DNA from: a bacterium
Lineage (GTDB): Bacteria; UBA8248
Assembly (NCBI GenBank): GCA_965213685.1
Contig: CBDBZY010000041.1
Coordinates: 320,001-384,000, forward strand
Direction: 5' to 3'
Length of the DNA: 64,000 nt
Shown: piece by piece, positions 47,290 to 60,756 of the stretch
Position numbering within the stretch: position 1 is the first letter of the stretch
Layout of the letters: the number at the start of each line of letters is the position of its first letter
The notes under the pieces: generated by a model
The model's input: the letters and a program-made list of their open reading frames with translations, nothing else
What the model was told of the DNA's origin: nothing
The model's database searches: none
Translations under genes and position numbers: made by a program

Positions 47290-50200
47290 CTGTAATGAGG
47301 TGAATGATGCAGGGAGGGAGGGAGGGAGGGAGTAAGGGAGGGATGGAGGGAGAGAGGGAGGTGGAGAGGGAGAGGGAGGAAGACAGAAGGAGTGGTGTAA
47401 GAATAGTGGTATGGAGAGAAGGTGAAAGTGAGGAAAGGGGGAGGAAGGAGAAAGATAATGAATGCACACATGTATATGTGCTGATGACATTCCATGTAAA
47501 CAATTCTGTACACAGGTGTGGTATACATGTAGCTGGGTAGTAATGCAGGAGCTATTGATTAATTAGCTACAAATATAGGTTATACCATGCAGTGGAGGTA
47601 TATACGGGAATTTATACCATGCTTACTATGAATCCTACGATCTGATTGGTCAGTGTGAGGTCCTTTATTTTACTTATTAGACCTCTGACTGTGGAATTTT
47701 GTCACCTGATTGGTCAGATTTACTTATTAGACCTCTGACGGTGGAATTCTGTCACCTGATTGGTCAGATTTACTTATTAGACCTCTGAAGCTACTTATTA
47801 GACCTCTGAAGGCCGTGCGTGTTTGTACACGCTTTCCTCGTCGTAGCCTCGGGGACAAGTCTTGTACGTATCACGCGCAAAGCGTCGCGCGTACGTCGTT
47901 TGCGCGTGGTGTGCGCGCGTCGTATCCAGGCCCGCGGGGCAGACAGTACAGCTATCACGCGGAGCCATGGCGCGCGTGTACGTGCCTGTGTTTGTGCACG
48001 CTTTCTGCCCCGTAGCCTCGGGACAACTGCTGTACGTGTCACGCGCAAGGCGTCGCGCGTAAGTCGTTTGCTCGTGCGTCGTATCCGGAACGCCCGAGCC
48101 CGCAGGGCATAGAGTACAGCTATCACGCGGCCGGAGCCATGGCGCGTGTACGTGCGCGTGCAGTGTATCTGCATGGCATAAATACCTTATACCATGCCGT
48201 GTCGGTATATACGGGAATGCATAAGACCTTGGAAACCTTAGAGACCCTTGCGCTTCGCGCGCGGGTCTCTAAACCGGTTTCCGCGGTCTTATACATTCCC
48301 GTATATACCTCCACTGCATGGTATAACCTATATGTATAAGACCACGAAACCGGTTTAGAGACCCGCGCGCGAAGCGCAAGGGTCTCTAAGGTTTCCAAGG
48401 TCTTATGCATTCCCATATATACCGACACGGCATGGTATAGGGTATTTATGCCATGCAGATGCACTGCACGCGCACGTACACGCGCCATGGCTCCGGCCGC
48501 GTGATAGCTGTACTCTATGCCCTGCGGGCTCGGGCGTCCCGGATACGACGCACGAGCAAACGACTTACGCGCGACGCCTTGCGCATGACACGTACAACAG
48601 TTGTCTCGAGGCTACGAGGCAGAAAGCGTGCACAAACACAGGCACGTACACCCGCGCCATGGCTCCGCGTGATAGCTGTACTCTGCCCCGCGGGCCTGGA
48701 TACGACGCGCGCACACCACGCGCAAACGACGTACGCGCGACGCTTTGCGCGTGATACGTACAAGACTTGTCCCCGAGGCTATAGCGTGTACAAACACGCA
48801 CGGCCTTCAGAGGTCTAATAAGTAGCTTCAGAGGTCTAATAAGTAAATCTGACCAATCAGGTGACAGAATTCCACCATCAGAGGTCTAATAAGTAAATCT
48901 GACCAATCAGGTGACAAAATTCCAGTCAGAGGTCTAATAAGTAAAATAAAGGACTTCACACTGACCAATCAGATCGTAGGATTCATAGTAAGCTTGATAT
49001 AAATATAGGTTATACCATGCAGTGGAGGTATATACGGGAATGTATAAGACCGCGGAAACCGGTTTAGAGACCCGCGCGCGAAGCGCAAGGGTCTCTAAGG
49101 TTTCCAAGGTCTTATGCATTCCCATATATACCGACACGGCATGGTATAGGGTATTTATGCCATGCAGATGCACTGCACGCGCACGTACACGCGCCATGGC
49201 TCCGGCCGCGTGATAGCTGTACTCTATGCCCTGCGGGCTCGGGCGTCCCGGATACGACGCACGAGCAAACGACTTACGCGCGACGCCTTGCGCATGACAC
49301 GTACAACAGTTGTCTCGAGGCTACGAGGCAGAAAGCGTGCACAAACACAGGCACGTACACCCGCGCCATGGCTCCGCGTGATAGCTGTACTCTGCCCCGC
49401 GGGCCTGGATACGACGCGCGCACACCACGCGCAAACGACGTACGCGCGACGCTTTGCGCGTGATACGTACAAGACTTGTCCCCGAGGCTATAGCGTGTAC
49501 AAACACGCACGGCCTTCAGAGGTCTAATAAGTAGCTTCAGAGGTCTAATAAGTAAATCTGACCAATCAGGTGACAGAATTCCACCATCAGAGGTCTAATA
49601 AGTAAATCTGACCAATCAGGTGACAAAATTCCAGTCAGAGGTCTAATAAGTAAAATAAAGGACTTCACACTGACCAATCAGATCGTAGGATTCATAGTAA
49701 GCTTGATATAAATATAGGTTATACCATGCAGTGGAGGTATATACGGGAATGTATAAGACCGCGGAAACCGGTTTAGAGACCCGCGCGCGAAGCGCAAGGG
49801 TCTCTAAGGTTTCCAAGGTCCTATGCATTCCCGTATATACCGACACGGCATGGTATAAGGTATTTATGCCATGCAGATGCACTGCACGCGCACGTACACG
49901 CGCCATGGCTCCGGCCGCGTGATAGCTGTACTCTGTGCCCTGCGGGCTCGGGCGTCACGGATACGACGCACGAGCAAACGACTTACGCGCGACGCCTTGC
50001 GCGTGACACGTACAACAGTTGTCCCGAGGCTACGAAGCAGAAAGCGTGCACAAACACAGACACGTACACGCGCGCCATGGCTCCGCGTGATAGCTGTACC
50101 CTCTGCCCCGCGGGCCTGGATACGACGCGCGCACACCACGCGCAAACGACGTACGCGCGACGCTTTGCGCGTGATACGTACAAGACTTGTCCCCGAGGCT

Positions 50201-53200
50201 ACGACGAGGAAAGCGTGTACAAACACACACGGCCTTCAGAGGTCTAATAAGTAGCTTCAGAGGTCTAATAAGTAAATCTGACCAATCAGGTGACAGAATT
50301 CCACCTTCAGAGGTCTAATAAGTAAATCTGACCAATCAGGTGACAAAATTCCACAGTCAGAGGTCTAATAAATAAAATAAAGGACCTCACACTGACCAAT
50401 CAGATAGTAGGATTCATAGTAAGCATGGTATAAATTCATTTATTATTTCCTTGGCAAGAAGGTTAACCATGTACACTAGGGTAACACACTATCTCATCTT
50501 GTGTGGCTGGCTCACAGGTGGAGGGTGTGCACTGTTCTGGTGTCTGATTATTGAGGAATAGAATGGCCACACCAGTCTCTCCTCTCACACCATATGTGTG
50601 AGTGTCTTCCTCTAGCTCTTCTTCCCTCCCTCTCCCTCACTCCCTCTCCTTCCTCCCCTCTCCTTCCCTCCCTCCCTCTCCTTCCCTCCCTCTCCTTCCC
50701 TCCCTCTCCTTCCTTCCCTCTCCTTCCCTCCCTCTCCTTCCCTCCCACCTAGTGCAGTTTTAGTTTAGAGGGATTTGCAGTTGATTACTTCTTACCATTG
50801 CTGGAGCACTTTTGTTAGTTGCCCTAATTAATTTTGTTATACTTCGATCTCTTAATAGAACTTCAACACAATTCTTTGATTACATATCTCTGATTGCTTG
50901 CTAGTAGGGATGTAGTTAAGTACACAACAACTTACTGTAGTTTTAGTTGCATGTAGTTATAATTAACAACAATACCATTTACTAGAAGGCTGTACAGATT
51001 ACTACAGAATTCAACACAATGACTGCAGTGACTGTGTACAGACATGGCAGTACTGGTTTTAATTAACATTTCTGTGGGCTGTGACAATTAGTGTTGGTTT
51101 AGTGTACTTTTGTTGCGATTAACTACTACAGTGCCACCCTTCTTCCCTTCCTCTCACCCTTCCCTCACACCCTCACACCGTCAACCCCTCCCCTCCTCCC
51201 TACCCTCTCCTCCCCTCTCCCTCCCCTCCTCCTCTTCCTGTGCCATATGATTATGTGTATCTAACCTCTAGCTCTTCTTCCATCCCTTCCATTCCCCCCT
51301 CTCCTTCCCTTCCTACCCCCTCCCCCCTTTTCTCCTCCCTCCTCCTCCCCTCCCCTGGCAGCCCCTTCCCTCCTTCCTCCCCTTCCCCCGTCCCCCTTCC
51401 CTGCTCTCCCCCTCCCCCTTCTCCCTGCCCTCCTCCCTCCCTTCCTTCCTCCCTCCCCCTCCCCTCCTCCCTTCCTTCTTTCACCCTCCCTCACTCCCTA
51501 TCAGTATCTTCCCTCCATCCTTCCTTCATCCCTCCTTCCTTACCCCCTCCCCCCCTCTCTCTCTCTCTTCCTTCTCCTGCTCCCCTCTTTCCTTCCCTCC
51601 CTCTTCCCCCATTTTCTCAATCCTTACATCTCCCCCACCTCCCTCCCTCCCCTTCCCCCTTCCACCCTTCCCTTTACCTTCCCCCCCTCCCTCAATCTCC
51701 ACCTCCCTTCCTCATTCTTCCCTCATACTTCCCTGCCTCTCTCTCTTTTCTCTTTCCCACCCTCCCCCACTCCCTCCCCTTCCCCCTCTCTCACTTCTCC
51801 CCTCATTTCTTCTCATACTCCCCTCACCCTCCCCTCCTCTCTGCCTCCCCCTCCCTCCCCCTCCCTCCCTTCTTCCCCACCTCCCCCTCCCTCCCCCTCC
51901 CTCCCTCCCCCCTCCCCTCCTCTCTCCCTTTACCCTCCCCCTTCCTTCTCCTCCCTCCTCCCTTCTCTTCTGCCTTTTCTTTCACCCCTTCCCCCCCCTC
52001 CTCCTCCTCCCTCTCTCTCCCCCCTCTCCCCATCCCTCCTTCCTCTCCCTCCTCCTCTCCCTCCTCCTCTCCCTTCCTATTCTCAACCTCCACCTCCCTT
52101 CCTTGTTCTTCTTTCCTCATACTTCCCTGCCTCTCTCTCTTTTCTCTTGCCCCACTTCCCCCTCCTCTCTCCCCCCTACCCCCCTCCCCCTCTTCCCCCT
52201 TCCCCCTCTTCCACCTCTCCCCCCCTCCCCCCTCCCCCCTCCCACTTATCCCTTTCCTCTTGACCTTCTCTCTCCCTTGTTCACCCTCCATCCCTCTCTC
52301 GTATATACCTCCCTCCTCTTCTTGTCCCTTCATCCTTCCTTCCTCCACCTCCCTTCCACACTCTCTCTCCTCTCCCATTACACATGTTTCCACACTACTA
52401 GAGATAGTTATCACTACATGTAAATCACCCACTGCAGTACCTGCTCATGAGCGTTGGCCTGATTAGGAGAGCTCATCTGAGAGGGAGCTTTGGGGGCAGT
52501 CTAAAGGAAAGGATTATCACTGTGAAATATCTAATTGTAAGGAACACTGTAGCAAGGAGAGAATGAATGGCAGAAGAGAGGAGAAGGTCTAGAGGAATGG
52601 GTCTAAATATTAATGTGGTAAGATGGAATGGAGGGGAGAAGGAAGGAGGGAGACTAGGGAGGAGGAAGGGAGGTGGGAAGAGGTGGAAGAGGAGGGAGGA
52701 AGGGGAGGAAGGAGAAGGGGGGAAAGGGGAAGGGAGAGGGGTAAGAGGAGGGAGGAAGGGGAAGAAGGGGAAGAGGAGGGAGGAAGGGGGGAGATAGGGG
52801 AGAGAGGAGGGAAAAAGAGGGAGGGAAAAGTAGGGGGGAGGGGAGGAAGAGGGGGGAGGGGAAGGGGAAGGAGAGAGAGAGGAGGGAAAGGGGAGGGAGA
52901 GGGGGGAGGGGGAGGTAGAGGGGAGGGGAGGGAAAGGGAGGGAGGGGGGAGGGGGGAGGGGGAGGGGAGGAAGACGGGGGAAGGGGAGTGAGGAGACTCC
53001 AGGAGGGGGAGAGGAGGGGGGTGGGGGGGGAAGAAGGGGAGGGGGGAGGGAAGAAAGAGGGCAAGAGGGGAGAGGGAGTGTGGGAGGGGAGAGAAAGGGT
53101 AGAGGAAAGGGGGAGAGTGAAGGGGGGGAGGGGAGGGAGGGGGTAGAAGGCAAAAGGGGAGAAGTGGAGGGTGAGAATGCCCACTGAAAAGGAGGGGGAG

Positions 53201-55674
53201 GGAGTGGAGGGGGTGGGGAGAAAAGGGGAAGGGAGGGGAGGGGGAGGGGGAGGAGAGGGAAGGGGGGAGGAGGGGTAAGGAGGGGAGGGGGAGGAGGGAG
53301 GGGGAGGAGGAGGGGAGGCAAAGGGGGAAGGAAGGGGGTTAGGGGGAGGGATGACGGAGGGAGGGTGGAATCAGAGGAGGTGTGACAGGGTCAAAAGGTT
53401 CACCTATTATGTCACGTACGCCATATATAATACGCAGCACTCTGCATGTTTCACCACTGCACCCGAACTTAGCTAGTTGAAAACAGTCTCTATGTGCTTC
53501 GCTTTAGTTTGATGCTATTTTAGTCACCACGCTCTCCACTAGCAAGCCCTTGTGAACGTTGTGAGTATGTATCCCTGTACCTACATCATGCCAAAGGAAT
53601 GTTTGGAGTGTCATTACTACTTGTACATACACATAGGCATAATGTATACAGGTGTTTTTGCGGAGGGTACAGTGGCTAAAATGGCATCAAAACTAAACAG
53701 AACCACGTAGAGACTGTTTTCAACAAGTTACCATCGAGGTAAAGTGGTGAACTTGTCTGCTATACATTCTCGATGGCGCACATGACCATATTAATTTGAT
53801 CTTTTGACCCTGTCGAACCTCCCCTGGGATGGAATGAGGAGGAGTAGAGGGTGAGAGGGAGGGAGAGAGAACAGGAGAATAGCCACAGCTCACAGATCTT
53901 GGTGTGGCTGGAGATGTCTTGTACACTGCAGAATTCTTGCTTGCCTAATAAGGGCAATAAAGAGAGAAGAGAATGAAATTGAATGCTAATCTGCTTTGTC
54001 CTCCTTTCCTCTCTTCCTTGCTTTGTTCCTTTTTGCTTCCCCTCACTATCTTTTGCACTTGGAGCATTACCTGCACATCAGCTTGCTGTGGTCCTTGAGG
54101 GGTCATCTGAGAGTCACCTTTTGGGCTGGGACTGGGCCTAGGGGGAGTCTGGAGGAGACAGGTTTGCTGTGTTTAGTTCATGGCAATAGGACTACTAATC
54201 ATTACAACAACTTTGTGATATGCACCAATCCTATCTGTTTCCTGTAAAAAGTCAGTACTGAGAACTCTATTACTAGAGTCAGTAGCAGGAGGGGGAGGTA
54301 GGGGGGAGAGAAGGGGGGGGGGGGGGGGGGGGGGGGAAGAAGGGGAGGGGGGAGGGAAGAAAGAGGACAAGAGGGGAGAGGGAGTGTGGGAGGGGAGAGA
54401 AAGGGTAGTGAGAACTCTATTACTAGAATCAATAGGATGATGACCAGTACATGAATCGATCTCCTTTACTTGTACACAATCAAGCATAATACACATATAA
54501 AAATACTCACCAACTCTTGTTTGCTCAGATGTTCAACCTCTGCCTTTAGGGACTGATTCTCCTGTGTCAGTTGTTGAACCTCTTGGACCAGTTGTGTGTT
54601 CTTCTTCTCCACTGAATTCTTCTCCTGTTCTTTTGAGTGCACTGCTCGTTGCAGTGATCCAATGTGCTGGTTCTTGGAGAGAATCTGCAGCTCATGCAAT
54701 TCAATCTGCTGGGTTTGCTCCTTCACTGTCTGCACCAACACCAATCTGTCCATGTGACATTCTGCATCATCGATCTCACCCCTGGCTCGCTCTAGTAGCT
54801 GCACCACCTGATCTATCGAGGGCCGATTCCTTGGAAAGTTCCCAAGGCAGCGCTTGATCATCTGCACAAGAGGATGATCATCATGGAACTGCCTGTAGAT
54901 CTGCTGCATGTACTCCTCTCGCCGCTCCAGCTCACTTCGAATGGCTGGTCTTCCACGCTTATCTTCGTACACTTGTGCCAGAACCTTATGGGGGAAGTGT
55001 TGTGTGAGGGTGAAAATGGCCACCACACCCAGCGAGAAGATGTCGATCGTCATGTCGTATCGTGATTCATCTCCCAGGGCCTCTGGGGGCATGTAGATGG
55101 ACGCACCAGGTGCTTTGGTCATGGTGGTTACCCTCATGCTGGGGACAATCCTAGCCACCCCAAGGTCTGCAATTTTGGCTGTCATGGCGGAGTTCAGGAG
55201 AACGTTTCTCGCGGAAAGATCCCGATGGATCAACGGCGGAGAACGACTGTGCAGGTAGCAGAGACCTTGAGCGACGTCGTAGAGGAACGAGTGCTTGAGG
55301 CCCAGGGGGATATCGGGCCGAGTCTCCAGCAGGTCGTGGAGGCTGGTCAGCAGTCGCTCCATCACCAGCGCAGGGAGCCGCGAGCCCGGCAGCACGCAGA
55401 TGCCGAGAAAGAGGACGATGTGTGGGTGGCGGAGGGTGCTCATGAGTCGGCACTCCTCAACGAACTGGCCTGCCGCCCTCTCCATCTCAGCCTGCGGTAT
55501 TTCGGAGCGGTCTTGGAAGATGTCGTGGATCTTCTTGATGGCGCAGACCGCTCCAGGTATCTCCCCCTCCTCCACGCTGCCGTAGGCTCCTGAGCCGATT
55601 CTTGTGCCGGTTAGTCGCACGTTTTGGAGCTGAAACGCGCTCAGCTCGGGGTAATCGCGAAGGAGATTCGCCAT
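46402..55674 (-). CDS. TKL-like Ser/Thr protein kinase - coiled coil - Kelch-repeat protein, spliced gene (exons 55674-54511, 54166-54071, 53944-53894, 52500-52441, probably 50543-50490, 47289-46402)
   Basis: Exon 1 has an intact kinase (GSGAYGSV, CAIKK, HRDLSARN, DLG, YMPPEA, DIFSLG) plus coiled coil. The last exon has Kelch repeats (VYING, LLLAGG, LIVACG, LLLVGG, LLVAGG). The intervening small exons are AG/GT-bounded, phase 0 and stop-free. Confidence 0.8.
47574..50433. mobile_element. Array of four copies of a ~709-bp CpG-rich non-autonomous element (one inverted, three tandem) in an intron of the kinase-Kelch gene
   Basis: Identical ORFs recur at 709-bp spacing (48453/49162/49871); inverted copy at 47611-48332; terminal hairpin TTATACCATGC...GCATGGTATAA. 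Confidence 0.85.
53383..53814. mobile_element. MITE with long imperfect TIRs
   Basis: GACAGGGTCAAAAG / CTTTTGACCCTGTC plus inner IR GTTGAAAACAGTCTCTA / TAGAGACTGTTTTCAAC. Confidence 0.6.
54511..55674 (-). CDS. Kinase-Kelch gene exon 1: protein kinase domain + coiled coil (388 codons)
   Basis: ATG at 55674 (MANLLRDY), all catalytic motifs present, GTGAGT donor at 54510. Confidence 0.92.
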
Positions 55675-57091
55675 ATCATAGATATTTAACCTCACAGAAC
55701 GGGATAGGAAGCGGATCACGTGATGCTTTACGTACCCGTCTTGAGAAGAGACTCGATCCGCATTGGTAGCTGATTAACACCTTCGCTTTTCAGATTGCCG
55801 ACCGTAAGGAAGAGAAGCAAGCGACTGGATAACGCTCAGATTCCCGAAACGACTGTTCTCCTGCCCTGTTTCCCTGTTCGCTCCGTGGAAGGCTCTCTGG
55901 CAGGTTAATGTAGTACTGTACGGTGTCTAGGTTCTGCTAATACTCTCGCGCTGTAAACTAATCCGCGTTTTGTACGTGTTAGGAGGGAGGGAAGTATCTT
56001 TGTCAGCGTTTAGGGGCGAAGTAGAAGAACTGTTTTGGATTTCAGTATTACTGTGGAGTCCCCCTGAGCTTAAAGTTTTGCATGGGCCCAAAAGAAGGCC
56101 AAAGAACTCAACTTCTTGTCTACTATTGCACATATTAGCGTTCTCACACCTGAAGCAAGCGTATAACTTTGTCAGCAGTTGTTGCTTAAACAAAACCCTG
56201 GACATACATATACTTTGTAAAGGCATGTTCTGCTGTAGTTCCTATTTTGCATGGTGTAAGTGTGAGTCCAAGGGGCCTTTCCAAACATGAGTTACTGACG
56301 TTTGAATTCAGGCACTATTCACACCTACAGACATGTACAGGAGATTTTGGCTGTCAACTCACCAGAAGAATGAGTTCAGGAAGGCAAGAGCAGCACACCA
56401 ACAGGGACAGCAAGGAGTTACAGCAGTGACCCTGACTGTAGAGTCAGTTCAGGATTCAGAGTTGGACCTTTCCCAGCCCTTGTGCCCTCCTGCCCTACTG
56501 ATTGTTAGTGTGCCACTGCAGTCAGTCTCACTCTTCCCTATCTCCCTTGACAAGAGTGTGTACCTTCATGCACCTGTATAATGCATTATTGATGTGTACA
56601 ATAATGCCGCAATAATGGATTTAAAATTTCAATACAGGTTTAATGCTCTGATGAATAGAGTTCTCTGCGCAATCATTTCTTTCGTTGGAGAGTCTGCTAT
56701 GTGTTCTGTTTGTACATTTCCACACATGACTTAACAAAAGTAAATCCACGTATGGTTATGGGGAATTCGGCTTTGATCAACTCCTGGAGTATGTGATGTG
56801 ACAACATAGATAGTAGACCTCGCGAGGTCTACTATCTATGGCTAGAGCAACTTGCGGCGCTGACGGTAGGCAATTGGATTAGGCAACAGCGCTTCCACTA
56901 AATGTTACTGTTTCCGGTACAACGCGGATCGACGTGTGAAGTGGTGTGAATTTAGCTTCGTTTCCAATCCCGTTCCGTGAGGTTAAATATCTATGGCCAT
57001 ATTGTCGAGTGTTCTCTGTGACAAAATGAACAAACAAGGGCTAGTGGGTGGGGCTGGTTTATTCTTGTCACGTGAGGAGTGAATGCCAATA

Positions 57092-57972
57092 ATTGGCGAG
57101 CGGGAGCGAGCCAACCTGGTGATGTCAACAGTATGGTGGCTATGGTGGCCCACAGGTATATTTGCGACTTTTACCCTTCACACGATACTATATGGTGGCC
57201 CACAGGTATATTTGTATGGTGGCCCACAGGTATATTTGCGACTTTTACCCTTCACGCGATACTCGATATACGGTATGACCGATAATTAGACCCTCGATAT
57301 ACGGTAGGGTGCATTATTGGGACATACGGTATAGAGTGGCGGTCACCGCCGCGGAACAGCGGTCACCGCCGCGAAGGTGGCGGTCACCGCCGCGACACGG
57401 CGGTCAACGCCGCGAAGGTGGCGGTCACCGCCGTGAAGGTGGCGGTCACCGCCGCGAAGGTGGCGGTCACCGCCGCGGCACGGCGGTCACCGCCGCGAAG
57501 GTGACCGCCGTGCCGCGGCGGTGACCGCCACCATCGCGGCGGTGACCGCCACCTTCGCGGCGGTGACCGCCGCCATCGCGGCGGTGACGGCCGTGCCGCG
57601 GCGGTGACCGCCACCTTCGCGGCGGTGACCGCCGTGCCGCGGCGGTGACCGCCACTCTATACCGTATGTCCCAATAATGCACCCTACCGTATATCGAGAG
57701 AGTCTAATTATCGGTCATACCGTATATCGAGTATCGCGTGAAGGGTAAAAGTCGCAAATATACCTGTGGGCCACCACATTGGGCCACCATACCACCATAA
57801 TTTTTCTATAATTATTATAAGACGTACGTGTGACCCCCACTGTGGCTCCACACATACCGTAACGTTCACGTCAGTTCTAATTTAACGCGAATCACACGTT
57901 GCACATCCAGCCCCACCCCCACCCCACCCTCACATTGGCTCGCTCCCTCTCGCCAACAATGTTCAACATTGT
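57092..57972. mobile_element. Helentron-like element with a large internal foldback and GC-rich 21-bp tandem repeat
   Basis: TTGGCGAGCGGGAGCGAGCCAA ... TTGGCTCGCTCCCTCTCGCCAA plus AATGTTCAACATT hairpin; internal IR arms about 57216-57495 / 57500-57777. Confidence 0.6.
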
Positions 57973-59494
57973 ACTAGTATTATGCAATGTATTATGAATA
58001 CCGATATCTAAGGTAACCGCGTGCATATCACTGTGATATTGGTGTTCTAGTGTCATGGTTTTCAGTTGTTCACATGATTATGGCTCTCACTAGCGCAGCG
58101 CTAACATATATCCTCCTTAGTCTCGAGCCAGACGTATTTCAGTGCACGCATGCGCATCGTCCATGGTGAGGAGATTCGTATGTAGATATTATGGAACTGC
58201 AGCAGTTCTTTAGGGAGTAACCTGCACGAAGTGATGGTGAGAGAGAGCCTTCCTTGTGCAACTGTGCCCAATAATAGCAGCTATTATTAGGCATAACAAG
58301 GATGACACTCTCTCACCGCTGTTTCAGGATCTTCTGTGGAGTCTCAAATTCTCAATGTAGGACCAGCCTCTATTATACCATCACTGGACAGTCCATGTCG
58401 TGTTAAGGCAGGACGACCCTAAGACATGATTTTGCCTGATTTATGTTTTATTGTATTCTCCTAATGATGCCTGTTAGCGAAATAACGTAGTTTTGGGTGA
58501 TATGTCGGTTCATAGAATTATAAAATTTACGCAATATGCATATCGCTAATTATAGAAAAAAATTTGCCAATAACGGCTAATGCTGCAGAGACGAAACTTC
58601 GGTGGATGATTACTAAGCACGTTGGCTATCTAAGTTTGCTTTAAAAATCCGTGATGAATCTTTCTTTCTAGACATAATTATAATCGTTTTCTTCGTGCTG
58701 CAGAATTTAGAAAAACGGTAGCAAATTCTGCCGTAAAGTAGCAAGCCAAGCCTCGAGCAACCCATTGCGCATAAACTAGTTCACTCCCCTTTGGCGAGCA
58801 TCCACCTCTTCACCGGTTGGCGCCACACAGCGCCGAACGTCCAACGGTAGCGGGAAATATGAATTTTTTTCCCAGCGAATTTGCAACCGCGCCAAAGAAT
58901 TGCTGTCGTTTTAGCGTTGGTAAATGTAGGGGGAAAGCGACGGTAGAGTAGTTGACGAAGAACGCAATCATGACTCGCCCTCCCTTAAGATAATTATACG
59001 TGTAAACAATATATCAACTTCTGCATGTGATTACGGCGTAGCAATCCCCCACACATACAATGGTGTCTGTGCTATGTAGACAGCATAATATACATAAAAG
59101 AGGAAGTGTCCTCGTGCACGTGACGCTGGGCTGTCACATAATTATACATGCAGTATGCACCTTGACCACAGAGCTTCCCTTAATCATACAATACTGTAAG
59201 GGAACCAGACGAGACTTCTGCACCATGATGTAATGCTCACTTCTTCAATACTCCCAAGACACTTACTCCTAGCACTATTCTCCATGCTATGCACATGACT
59301 CTAATACATTAACGCGGACGTGTTAAGCATGACATTGTTCGCATGGCTGTAGAGTATATATCCTATTCTGGTGCACTACTAAACATTGATGGTTACTTTA
59401 ACCCATAAATATGGCTACCTCAGTTGCATCTCTCAACACCTGGCACTGAGTGGATGCGTAGAATGTGTAGGTACTGTAGGATATCCTCTAACTA

Positions 59495-60756
59495 CAGTAG
59501 AACCTCCCTGAGCGGACACTCCGAGAAGCGGACACACTCCCTAGAGCGGACAAGGTTTTAGTCACGATTGAAAATCCCATACTTGTAATACATTGGCAAC
59601 CTCCGAGAAGCGACCACCTCTAAACTCCGAACAGCGGACACTATCCTTGGTCCCAAAGCGTTTTTGCAACGTATTTTCACCTCCAGATAGCGGACACTCC
59701 GAAAAACACACCTTGACATTACAGCCCCTCCCGCAATTCAGCCACTCCCACACGTCACGTACCTTGCGCACGAGTTTTATGCATAAACAATAACAACTTG
59801 TAGATCTAGTCTATATCCACGGAAATCAAACTAGTCCACACGTCTTCAGAGAATCACTCTCGTGGCTTGTCAATACAAGGCTTTGTTCCATTAAATTGGT
59901 AAACATACGACATTTCAAGCCCATATCCAGTTCCTCGATATACTTTCCCTCCAGTAACTCTAGTTGGCTTACATCCCTTCTCAAGAACAGTGAAATAATG
60001 GGGGATAGGTTGAAGGAAACATGGCCTGTATACAATTAATTTTGACCTCTCATCACTGCAACAGCATTTCTATCCACACTCGGAATAATCAGTAGGTTCA
60101 GGTATCAGTGTTAGTGAACATTGACTATATACCTCGACCATTATAGACCATTCCAGTCACATGCAGTTATTAAGGCAAATATTAGACAACCTCTGAAAAG
60201 AGGACAACCTCCGAAGAGAGGACAAAGGCCATGGTTAGGCCTTGACACATTAATTATGCTTTTATTTTTTTCTATTCCCTTATACTTGCCATTCATGCCT
60301 ATTAGTTAACATATTATTCTTAAATTATGTTCCAAAATAATTATTTAGTACACAAACAAAATATCTCATTTTCTATTGTGCTAAAGCATGACAGAAACAG
60401 AAATTTAGAGATGATCCCTGCTGGTGGCTAAAAGAGTTCTGTGAAAATGAAAACACCCTTTCTGCAGCAGGAGAAGATGCATATGGCTGAACTAGTAAAA
60501 TGAGTTGGAAAGCTTTGGCCCAAGTCGGCACTTCATTTTTCGGTGATTTTTCCACCATGATACCTTTCAAGAGCACGTGGACATGGAGAAGGGGTTCAAG
60601 GTCAGCTTATTATTCTCACTGGTGTAAAGATTTAGTGATTATTCCAGCATAACTCTCTTATGCTTTTCAATGCCTATTATTCCCAAAATTATGCTAGCAT
60701 AATTTGTCAAGGTCTAGCCGTGGTACCAAAGTGTCCTCTGTTCGGAGGTTCTACCG
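59495..60756. mobile_element. Tc1/mariner/pogo-type non-autonomous element (TA TSD)
   Basis: TA|CAGTAGAACCTCC ... GGAGGTTCTACCG|TA; internal repeated AGCGGACAC motifs. Confidence 0.7.
60236..60716 (-). mobile_element. hAT deletion derivative nested in the Tc1/pogo element, retaining a hATC dimerisation-domain fragment
   Basis: TIR TAGGCCTTGACA/TGTCAAGGTCTA, 8-bp TSD GCCATGGT/GCCGTGGT; peptide PTWAKAFQLILLVQP.ASS.AAERVFS. Confidence 0.8.

Noticed and set aside
47791-50254. Arg/Ala-rich ORFs of 60-127 aa in the 709-bp array
   Set aside because: By-product of GC-rich, stop-poor repeat DNA; no recognisable domain.
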